Assembly: GCA_963718045.1 (NCBI GenBank)
Contig: OY970350.1
Span: 600,001-632,000 of the forward strand
Length of the DNA stretch: 32,000 bases
Reading direction: 5' to 3'
From: Candidatus Saccharimonadota bacterium
GTDB lineage: Bacteria > Patescibacteriota > Saccharimonadia > Saccharimonadales > UBA4665
Shown: in pieces, positions 19,734 through 27,380 of the stretch
Layout: every line of letters begins with the position of its first letter
How positions within the stretch are numbered: position 1 is the stretch's first letter
Translations under genes and position numbers: made by a program
Notes under the pieces: generated by a model
The model's input: only the letters and a program-made list of their open reading frames with translations
Told to the model about the DNA's origin: nothing
Database searches by the model: none

Positions 19734-20137
19734 TGGTGGAGCTGCCGGCGATTGCGGCCGGGTCCGTCAGTTTATCTTGGTTAGTCTTCTACAAGTTTAG
19801 TTTGTTTTTAATATTCAGATATGGCCTTTAAACAAACAAACAAACCATATCTATAGTCCAAAAGTCTTAGGAAATACCATGGACATAGTATTTCAGCACC
19901 AGAGAGATATGAAACGTCTATTAATTACTCTGGATCATTTATAGACATTGCTTAAGCTATTGGGCTTAAAGCTAAGCGAGGAGCAAACATAGCGACTACT
20001 GAGTTTACAGAGTCGCGGATTGATGCTACTGCGCTATTAATCTTAGATGTTGCATCTAAAAAAGTTGCCTATAACGCTGACAAGCGACTTGCTGATCTAA
20101 CCGATAAAGTCCAACGTCGAGCTTAACATTCAGCCCC
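19734..20137 (-). ncRNA. ssrA: tmRNA (transfer-messenger RNA)
   Basis: The minus-strand 5' end is GGGGCTGAATGTTAAGCTCGACGTTGGAC (compare E. coli GGGGCUGAUUCUGGAUUCGACGGGA). The 3' end is GGAC-CCGGC-CGCAATC-GCCGG-CAGCTCC-ACCA. This gives a T-arm plus a 7-bp acceptor stem pairing with the 5' end, including the G3:U pair, and an encoded CCA. The gene is ~404 nt and sits in the only large ORF-free gap. Confidence 0.9.
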
Positions 20138-20147
20138 ATCGAGCTTT

Positions 20148-20156
20148 ATTATATCA
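20148..20156 (-). promoter_or_regulatory. Candidate extended -10 element (TGaTATAAT) upstream of ssrA
   Basis: The minus strand reads TGATATAAT, ending 10 nt before the mature 5' GGGG. No convincing -35 element was seen. A tmRNA precursor would be 5'-processed. Confidence 0.35.
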
Positions 20157-20212
20157 TTTTGCTAATGTATTTACCAGTCTAAAATTGTCTGGATTAATGG
20201 TTTTGCAACGAC

Positions 20213-20614
20213 TCAACTCCACTTTGTCTCACTTAGCCAGTAACTAAGATGACTCAGTCCGGTTTCTACTGGTTGCCGAGTTAAATTATCGACGATTTGG
20301 TCATCGTTAATTAGATAGCTCTCTAGGATTGCCCCTCCTAGATATGAATCTGCAATTTCGACTCTTCTAACCTGACCAATCTTAGGGTCGACACTGGATT
20401 CTAATTGAACCCCAACGGGATGCTGATCTGCAGCATAACAAAATAGCAGTCCTCTAATTCTAGCAGTAGGAGGCTGATCAAGTTCGCCGCTCACAAAGTG
20501 TGTGAATCCGTGTCCTGTCTCTTGGATGAATACTTTATCAATCTGTCCTACAAGCCATTTAGTTGCACGCTGATCAGATAGGTCATCGGAATGTTCAGGT
20601 TGAATCATGGCCAT
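20213..20614 (-). CDS. Hypothetical protein (133 aa)
   Basis: The ATG lies 2 nt after the rsmA stop, suggesting coupling, with no separate SD. No recognisable motif. Confidence 0.5.
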   Translation of the reverse strand: MAMIQPEHSDDLSDQRATKWLVGQIDKVFIQETGHGFTHFVSGELDQPPTARIRGLLFCYAADQHPVGVQLESSVDPKIGQVRRVEIADSYLGGAILESYLINDDQIVDNLTRQPVETGLSHLSYWLSETKWS

Positions 20615-20616
20615 TT

Positions 20617-21429
20617 TTATACACTATTTCGTTGCCTTTGGCAATCTAGTGTATTCAGTTTTATTAGTAGCTCCTGCCATTCCTGCAAATTGAGAGTCTG
20701 AGGCCTTCTTTTTGGATCAATGCCAGCATCCTGGAGTATGTTTTTAACTATCTCTTTATCTTGTCTAAAGCCGCTGCTTAAGTTGTTTAATATTGTTTTA
20801 CGCTTAGAGACAAAAGCAATTTTAATTAGCTTAAACAATTCTTTTATTTCTCGGTCAGAAAGAGTTATTGCGTTCGGTGTCAGCTTAATTATCTGGGATG
20901 TTACCTTTGGCGGCGGAATAAACTTATCTGGCGTTACTAACGGTCCTTTTAAAGCGTCCCAGTAAAATTGGCAGGTTAGACCTAAGATAGACATATCTCC
21001 GGGCAGGGCAGCTAACCTATCGGCTATTTCTTTTTGGACTAAGAGGACAACAAGTTCAGGTCTATATGCAGTTTCGCTAATGAGTTTTATTATCTTGCCT
21101 GTTAGATAATATGGGATATTGGCTACCAGCTTATATTTACCTAATTCAGACAGGTCATAGTTTAATATGTCTTCATTAACTATTTGAACATTAGAAAGAT
21201 TAAGTGCAGTTAGTTTTTTGATCAGTGAAGTGTCTAGCTCAATAGCAATTACTTTGTTGGCCTTAGCGCTTAACAGTTTGGTTAGCCTGCCTGTTCCTGG
21301 TCCAATTTCAAGAATTGTGTCCTTGGAGGATATATCTGCTAAATCAGTAATGTTTTCAAGAATACCCTGGTCTGCCAGCCAGTGCTGGCCTAGCGATTTG
21401 CGAGCTTTAGGTTCATCACCAGTTGCCAT
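20617..21429 (-). CDS. rsmA: 16S rRNA (adenine1518/1519-N6)-dimethyltransferase
   Basis: Motifs seen are KSLGQHWL (canonical LGQNFL), the SAM motif ILEIGPGTGRLT, and ANIPYYLT (canonical NLPYNIS/T). Confidence 0.9.
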   Translation of the reverse strand: MATGDEPKARKSLGQHWLADQGILENITDLADISSKDTILEIGPGTGRLTKLLSAKANKVIAIELDTSLIKKLTALNLSNVQIVNEDILNYDLSELGKYKLVANIPYYLTGKIIKLISETAYRPELVVLLVQKEIADRLAALPGDMSILGLTCQFYWDALKGPLVTPDKFIPPPKVTSQIIKLTPNAITLSDREIKELFKLIKIAFVSKRKTILNNLSSGFRQDKEIVKNILQDAGIDPKRRPQTLNLQEWQELLIKLNTLDCQRQRNSV

Positions 21430-22696
21430 AGTCTATCCAGTGTATATAGGCGTCATACCAATCACCAAACTTTGTCTGAGCATACCAGTTACACCATTCA
21501 AGCTGGGTAATTGGGTCGGTCTGCCAATCAGCGCCAAACTCAGCCATTTTATCTGGTGGAGTAGATTGACATAATCCGTAGCCTACATCGTCGTCGTTAG
21601 CATAAAGCTGGCTGAAGCCAGCTGGACAATAGCCAATCTCACCCTGCCATTTAGTTGGACACCAGCCTGACTCATGAGAAACAATGAAATCGACATAAGA
21701 ATAATTGGCTGGAGAGATACCAGCTAGTGACATGTCTCCCTGGATACCAGACAAACTATCCCCTTCATCCACTATCTCTGTAACTGGAGGTACGGTCACA
21801 ATTGTTTGGATTGGTGAAGAAGGGTCTAGAATTGTGCCGTAAGGGGATAATTCATAGGCAGCGACTTCTTTTCCGGGTGATCCTTGCTGAACTATTGAAC
21901 TAGTACCATAAGCTAGATCGGAAACGTATGTAGTCTGGACGGGGGTGGCGATGGACTGGGTAACGATCTCTGTTTTAATACCTGATCTACTGATACTAAC
22001 TTGTTCGTTAGGACTTATTGATGAGTTTAGACTAGGGGTAACTTGGTCTTCTGAAGTTAACTGTATGTTCTCTTGGCTTATAACCTCAGCTACTGTAGAA
22101 GCGTGAACATAGAGCGGTAGATCAGTACCATATAGATCAAGGACTATGGGTATACCCGATTCAATAATAACCTGCCGGCCGATAGCATCGCTGGCTAAAA
22201 AGTTTTCACCGGGCTGAGAGGTGACGTAGTCTGAGGCTGTGGCAATGACACCTACCTGGCTGGCAATTGCTCTCGGAGTTGTGGCAGCACTAAAAGAATA
22301 GTAGACGACACCATCTTTAACTATTTCAACTGGTACAGCCCGGTAGATATTAATTCTAAAGTCGTCCTGGTCAATTGGCGTGTTTAAGTTTGGCTGGACA
22401 ACGTCACCAGTGTGGAGATGAATATCTAATCTAGATAAAAGGTCACCAACTGTTTTATCGTCACTGGGAACTATTTGTTTTACGCCGGCATCGGTAATAA
22501 TAACTATCTTAGAATCAGGTGTTACCTGGATTTGTTTGGCATTACCGAAGAATAATACAAAAGCAATCGTCAAAAGGATTAGGCAAAAGCCTGTAATAAC
22601 AGGAACGGCAAAAGGATGCTTGCTTAGTACTTTAAGCCGCTTGAAATCTATACGGCTTTTGCGCCTTGATTTGACCCCGTCTAATTTAAATTTCAT
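21416..22696 (-). CDS. DUF348/G5-domain cell-wall protein with a C-terminal transglycosylase-like domain (YabE/RpfB-like architecture)
   Basis: An N-terminal TM helix is followed by three ubiquitin-like DUF348-type repeats (..TVGDLLSRLDIHLHTGDVVQP..). A G5-like segment follows (..YGTSSIVQQGSPGKEVAAYEL). The C-terminus SHESGW...GYGLCQ...FGDWYDAYIHWIDYGNW resembles the RESGG..YGxxQ..YGSW..A..FW..GWY family. It lies adjacent to rsmA, as in Firmicutes and Actinobacteria. Confidence 0.75.
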   Translation of the reverse strand: MKFKLDGVKSRRKSRIDFKRLKVLSKHPFAVPVITGFCLILLTIAFVLFFGNAKQIQVTPDSKIVIITDAGVKQIVPSDDKTVGDLLSRLDIHLHTGDVVQPNLNTPIDQDDFRINIYRAVPVEIVKDGVVYYSFSAATTPRAIASQVGVIATASDYVTSQPGENFLASDAIGRQVIIESGIPIVLDLYGTDLPLYVHASTVAEVISQENIQLTSEDQVTPSLNSSISPNEQVSISRSGIKTEIVTQSIATPVQTTYVSDLAYGTSSIVQQGSPGKEVAAYELSPYGTILDPSSPIQTIVTVPPVTEIVDEGDSLSGIQGDMSLAGISPANYSYVDFIVSHESGWCPTKWQGEIGYCPAGFSQLYANDDDVGYGLCQSTPPDKMAEFGADWQTDPITQLEWCNWYAQTKFGDWYDAYIHWIDYGNW

Positions 22697-22809
22697 ATAG
22701 GTGTGATCTAAAAGGATAGATGCGAATACCGCTTAGCAATGTCCCTTTAGACATCTGTCTATTGTAGCAAAAATTGCTATCTTTTATTATCCTTACCCAG
22801 ATTAATAGA

Positions 22810-24945
22810 CTAGAGTTTTTCCAGCGGAGCGAAGGCCAGATTGAGCTTTTTAATGCCATGGCCTTTGAAATATACGGCGACAATCTCACCATTAAGTTCA
22901 ACAACTGTACCGAGGCCAAATGTTTGGTGATTGACGCTATCGCCGGTATTTAAATCTGGGACATATCTTGGCTCAAGATTGACAGAACTGGGGGTCACTA
23001 CTTCCTTTGATGCAGCGTAAAAGCCATTCTCGGTTTGAAACTGGCCGTCTATTTCACTTAAGAAACGACTGGGTGGGTTATGAAGCACGCCGCCGTAGAT
23101 TAAGCGGCTTGATGCATAGATCATGATAAGTTCGAGGCGCGCTCTGGTCATGCCAACGTAACAAAGTCTTCTTTCTTCTTCCATATCGGCTTGATCATAT
23201 AGAGCCCGCGAATGGGGGAACAAAGTTTCTTCCATACCTATCATGAAAACAACCGGGAATTCTAGTCCCTTAGCAGCATGAACGGTCATAAGTGTGACCT
23301 GGTCGTTATTAAAGTTAGCATTATCTATGTCGCTAATTAGGGCAACTTCTTCTAAAAAGCCAGCCAAACCGACTTCTTGGTATTCACTGGCAACACTTAG
23401 CAGTTCCTTAACGTTTTCCTGACGGGCTTCACCAGAAGGCGTACCGTCATCTAAGTACTTAAGATAATCTAGCCGGCGGATCAAAGAGTCTATTAGTGCC
23501 GGCAGGTTAGTGGTATCGATAATTGATCTTAAACTTTTTAATATGTCATGCAGTTCATTGATGGCAGATTTAGCTTTTGGAGTTAGCTGGTCGTTTTGGT
23601 CTATTTCTATGAAGGCACTTTCTAAGCTCCCGAGTGAATCGGCTTGAGCCAGGAACAGGCCGAGGCTCTTAGGGCCAATACCGCGAGCCGGAACGTTAAT
23701 CACTCTCTCTAGCGATACCCGGTCTTCCGGCTGATAAATAAGCCTCAAATAAGCAAGTATGTCTTTTATTTCTTTTCGTTCATAAAACCTCACTCCGCCA
23801 ACTATCTGATAGGGAATACCGTAACGGATAAATGCTTCTTCAACCGGCCGGCTTTGGGCGTTGGTCCGGTACAGGACAGCATGATCAGAATAACTAAAGC
23901 GGCCGCTGTCTACCCCTTCTTTTACTTGACGGATTAATGCTTCGGCTTCAGATCTTTCGTTATTGACTTGAACAATATTAACCGGCTTGCCTTCGGTTGA
24001 TGCTGTCCAAAGACGCTTATCGCTTCTTTTCGTGTTGTTTAGTATCAGGGCGTTTGAAGCATCAAGGATGTTTTTGGTTGATCGGTAGTTTTGTTCCAGT
24101 TTAATAACGCAGGCATTTTTATAGTCCTTTTCAAAATTTAAGATGTTTCTAAAGTCTGCCCCTCTAAACATATATATCGACTGGTAATCGTCACCAACAA
24201 CAGCTAGGTTATTGCTGCTGCTGGTTAGCAGTTTTATTAATTGGTATTGGGCAGCGTTAGTATCCTGGTATTCATCGATCATGATGTATTTAAACTGACT
24301 ACGCCATTTGTCCCTAATTTCCTTGGTTTCTTTTAGCAGTTTGACTGTTTTAAGTATTAGGTCATCAAAATCTAGGGCAAGGCTATTTTTCAGTTCTTTC
24401 TGATAGAGTGGGTAGATTTGGGCAGCTACTTTCTGGGACGGCGAACTGGCAGTTTGAGCGTATTCATGAGGGTCAATCATTTCATTCTTGGCAGAACTGA
24501 TTAAAGAAAGGCTGATTCTAGAAGGGAAGTTCTTTTCGTCAACACGTAAGTGCTTAACTACCCTTTTAACTGTTGCTAGAGAGTCGGAATCATCAAAGAT
24601 AATAAAGCTTTTAGGGATACCGATATGTTCACCGGAAGTTCTTAGAATCTTTACACAGATGCCGTGGAATGTGCCCATAAACGGCATGAAGCTGTAGCTT
24701 GATTCACGGCCGCCAATAAGTCTAGCGATACGGCCTCTCATTTCCTGGGCTGCCTTGTTGGTAAATGTCACGGCCAGGATAGATTCTGGTGTCGCTTTAC
24801 GGGTAGCTAAAATGTAGGCAATACGGTGGGTTAGGGTTTTAGTCTTACCGCTGCCAGCACCGGCTAAAATTAGAAGCGGTCCTTCTGTTTCAAGGACAGC
24901 TTTCTTCTGTTCGGGGTTTAGCCCTTCTAATAGTCTTTCCTCCAT
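22810..24945 (-). CDS. pcrA: ATP-dependent DNA helicase PcrA/UvrD (SF1)
   Basis: Walker A is AGAGSGKT. Also seen are motif II DEYQDTN, VGDDYQSIYMFRGA, TVHAAKGLEFPVVF and YVGMTRAR. The C-terminal GDxVxHxxFGxGxV segment is a Tudor-like tail. Confidence 0.9.
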   Translation of the reverse strand: MEERLLEGLNPEQKKAVLETEGPLLILAGAGSGKTKTLTHRIAYILATRKATPESILAVTFTNKAAQEMRGRIARLIGGRESSYSFMPFMGTFHGICVKILRTSGEHIGIPKSFIIFDDSDSLATVKRVVKHLRVDEKNFPSRISLSLISSAKNEMIDPHEYAQTASSPSQKVAAQIYPLYQKELKNSLALDFDDLILKTVKLLKETKEIRDKWRSQFKYIMIDEYQDTNAAQYQLIKLLTSSSNNLAVVGDDYQSIYMFRGADFRNILNFEKDYKNACVIKLEQNYRSTKNILDASNALILNNTKRSDKRLWTASTEGKPVNIVQVNNERSEAEALIRQVKEGVDSGRFSYSDHAVLYRTNAQSRPVEEAFIRYGIPYQIVGGVRFYERKEIKDILAYLRLIYQPEDRVSLERVINVPARGIGPKSLGLFLAQADSLGSLESAFIEIDQNDQLTPKAKSAINELHDILKSLRSIIDTTNLPALIDSLIRRLDYLKYLDDGTPSGEARQENVKELLSVASEYQEVGLAGFLEEVALISDIDNANFNNDQVTLMTVHAAKGLEFPVVFMIGMEETLFPHSRALYDQADMEEERRLCYVGMTRARLELIMIYASSRLIYGGVLHNPPSRFLSEIDGQFQTENGFYAASKEVVTPSSVNLEPRYVPDLNTGDSVNHQTFGLGTVVELNGEIVAVYFKGHGIKKLNLAFAPLEKL

Positions 24946-24986
24946 TACTTCTATTCTAATTCATTAGAAAGTAATTTAGAGGAATA

Positions 24987-25772
24987 TTAAGGAGTTTGTT
25001 TGCTTTGTCCTACTACATAAGCTTTATCTACAATGCTGGCGAAAGACTCGGGATCTAGACTGGCACTGCCTACAAGAGCTCCGCTGCAACCATCTAAAGC
25101 TAGGTAGCCGCTGACTGTTTCTTGATCAACACTGCCGCCGTAAATGATTTTAACGTCGCCTGCGGCTGTGGCACCATATACTTCGCTTATCTGATAGCGG
25201 ATATAGTCTATGACTTTCTGAACATCTTGAGTACTTGCCGGTTGGCCGTCAAAGGTAGAGATGGCCCAAATTGGTTCGTAGGCGATTGTTACCTTTCTAA
25301 CTTCTTCGGATGTTAAATCGGATAGGGCAGTGATAAGCTGGTCATGAATTACCCTCTTTGTTTCACCAGCTTGTTTCTCTGGTTTAGATTCACCAATACA
25401 AAGAATTGGTTTGATGTTGTTTCTGATAGCGGCCGATACTTTATCCCGGACAAGTTCTAAACTTTCACTGAAATATATGCGGCGCTCAGAGTGGCCAATA
25501 ATGACATAATCTACCAGCCCGGATAACATGGTAAAACTGACTTCCCCGGTATATGGTCCATCGTCTTTGGAACAGGCATTCTGGGCAGCCAGGTGCATTT
25601 TACGGCGGTCTATTTGCAGACTCAATGGCTGGAGAGCAAGCATCGACGGGGCAATAACAACTTCAACTGAACGGTGAGGGTTTAAAAGCTTGTTTAGTTT
25701 ATGAATATACAGACTAGAATCACCAACGTTGAGGTGCATTTTGAAATTAGCGATTATTAGACTTTTATGCAT
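24987..25772 (-). CDS. tpiA: Triosephosphate isomerase
   Basis: Motifs seen are ANFKMH (catalytic Lys), IIGHSERR (His), AYEPIWAI (Glu) and IYGGSV. The loop-6 tail reads AISTF instead of the canonical AIGTG. Confidence 0.85.
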   Translation of the reverse strand: MHKSLIIANFKMHLNVGDSSLYIHKLNKLLNPHRSVEVVIAPSMLALQPLSLQIDRRKMHLAAQNACSKDDGPYTGEVSFTMLSGLVDYVIIGHSERRIYFSESLELVRDKVSAAIRNNIKPILCIGESKPEKQAGETKRVIHDQLITALSDLTSEEVRKVTIAYEPIWAISTFDGQPASTQDVQKVIDYIRYQISEVYGATAAGDVKIIYGGSVDQETVSGYLALDGCSGALVGSASLDPESFASIVDKAYVVGQSKQTP

Positions 25773-25859
25773 ATCTTATAAATAGTCTAGCACAAGCGGA
25801 ATAATGAAATAATCATAAAGAATAGAAACATTTTTATTACTCCTAGATTTGCAAAATTT

Positions 25860-26036
25860 CTAATGAGAGATTCTATCTTTACGTAAGAAGTTGGTTGCAG
25901 AGAGAGCTTGACCTTTTCCGTTTGTAGATCTGGCCTTCTTAATCCCACTCCAAATATCTGTCTGTTTGGCCATCTTTCTTATTACGTCAGGAATAGTAAG
26001 TTGTCCACGATTTTTTATTACACTAATTGTTTTCAT
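25860..26036 (-). CDS. Small AbrB/SpoVT-domain-like protein (58 aa), absent from the ORF track
   Basis: The minus strand runs from ATG at 26036 to TAG at 25860-25862. It translates as MKTISVIKNRGQLTIPDVIRKMAKQTDIWSGIKKARSTNGKGQALSATNFLRKDRISH. The segment xKxRGQLTIPxxIRK matches the SpoVT-AbrB swapped-hairpin signature (kGQvtIPkeiR). It fills an otherwise empty pgk-tpiA gap. Confidence 0.5.
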   Translation of the reverse strand: MKTISVIKNRGQLTIPDVIRKMAKQTDIWSGIKKARSTNGKGQALSATNFLRKDRISH

Positions 26037-26089
26037 ATACTCAGAATATATAAATATTGAACATCTGTCAGATATTTTAGAATAATAAC

Positions 26090-27373
26090 TTACTTATTAA
26101 GCAAGGCTTCGACACCCGGCAAAGTGTGCCCAGACATTAGATCAAGACTTGCTCCTCCGCCTGTCGAAACAAGGTCAAACATACTAACTAGCCTTCGTCT
26201 TTCGATGTACCCAACTGTATCTCCTCCGCCAACAACCGTAAACGGCTTATGACCCATCTCTCCGGTTAGACCTTGAATTAATAGATCCGTTCCATGAGAG
26301 TATGGGCCGATACTGCCAAGCAGCCCTTCTGTTTCAGTTACTCCCATTGTCCCATTCCAAATTACGGTATTAGCAAGCTGGGTCAGGCCGGCAATAAAGG
26401 CACCGCTGAATGGGCCAATATCTAGTATTTTCTCGTTTTCATGGACGTGGCCTGATTCCCTTGGCGGTTTTTTCGGATAGCTTTCAATGTCGGCAATTGC
26501 GTGAGCTGACCAATCGACAATTCTGGTCGGCTTGGTAGGATCAACGGCTGAGGCAACCACGCCGTCAAAAGGCAGGGAAAAGATAAAATGTCTTTTTTTG
26601 GCTTCATCTTTGGCCAGATTTAAAATCTCACGGGCAAGGGGAAGGTCATGTTCATCGTAAAGACTATTCCCTATCTCTATTCCGTCAGCTTTTAGGAAAG
26701 TGTTAGCCATAGCTCCGCCAATGGCTACGCCGTCGGCAGTGTTAATAAACCTTTTTAAAACAGCTATTTTGTCTGCTATCTTAGCGCCGCCAATGATAGC
26801 TATAAGCGGTTTTTTGGGATGAGAAATGGCATCTGTTATGGTATCTACTTCCCTTTCAAGTAGTAATCCGGAAACGGAAGGTAAGTGGTGGGTTATAGCG
26901 ACAGTTGATGCATGGGCCCGGTGAACTACACCAAAGGCATCTTGGACAAATATTTGGGCGTAAGAAGCTAGACTGGCAGCGAAGTTATCATCATTCTCCT
27001 CTTCTTCTGGATGAAATCTTAGGTTTTCAAGCAGCAATAACTGGCCTGGTTTTAAATTAGCAGCAGCTTTTGATGCCTGATCGCCAATACAATCTAGTAC
27101 AAAATCCACTTGCCTACCTAAGATTTCGTTAAGTTTTTTGGCAACCGGGAAAAGAGAGAGATCCGGGTCGGGCTTGCCTTCCGGCCTGCCAAGATGCGAA
27201 CAGATAATTATCTTGCAGTTTTGACTCAAGAGATAGTGGATGGTTTCAAGTGACTGCGTAATCCTATAGTCATCGGTTATCTTACCCTTTTCAACTGGCA
27301 CGTTATAGTCAGTCCTTAGAAGTACTGTTCTATTTTTTAGATCTATGTCTCTGATTGTTTTTTTATGGAACAT
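26090..27373 (-). CDS. pgk: Phosphoglycerate kinase
   Basis: Motifs seen are RTDYNVP, SHLGRP, AIIGGAKIADKI, VVGGGDT and STGGGASLDLM. Confidence 0.9.
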   Translation of the reverse strand: MFHKKTIRDIDLKNRTVLLRTDYNVPVEKGKITDDYRITQSLETIHYLLSQNCKIIICSHLGRPEGKPDPDLSLFPVAKKLNEILGRQVDFVLDCIGDQASKAAANLKPGQLLLLENLRFHPEEEENDDNFAASLASYAQIFVQDAFGVVHRAHASTVAITHHLPSVSGLLLEREVDTITDAISHPKKPLIAIIGGAKIADKIAVLKRFINTADGVAIGGAMANTFLKADGIEIGNSLYDEHDLPLAREILNLAKDEAKKRHFIFSLPFDGVVASAVDPTKPTRIVDWSAHAIADIESYPKKPPRESGHVHENEKILDIGPFSGAFIAGLTQLANTVIWNGTMGVTETEGLLGSIGPYSHGTDLLIQGLTGEMGHKPFTVVGGGDTVGYIERRRLVSMFDLVSTGGGASLDLMSGHTLPGVEALLNK

Positions 27374-27380
27374 ATTATTA

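Noticed and set aside
19818-19852. An (AAAC)4 microsatellite flanked by the GATATGG/CCATATC inverted repeat, considered as a phase-variation switch.
   Set aside because: It lies inside the tmRNA gene as a hairpin loop in the pseudoknot region. It is therefore better explained as tmRNA secondary structure.
22686-22919. A 77-aa minus-strand ORF spanning the pcrA 3' end and the pcrA-yabE gap.
   Set aside because: It overlaps the conserved PcrA C-terminal tail in another frame and has no motif. The gap is better explained as the intergenic promoter region of the G5 protein gene.
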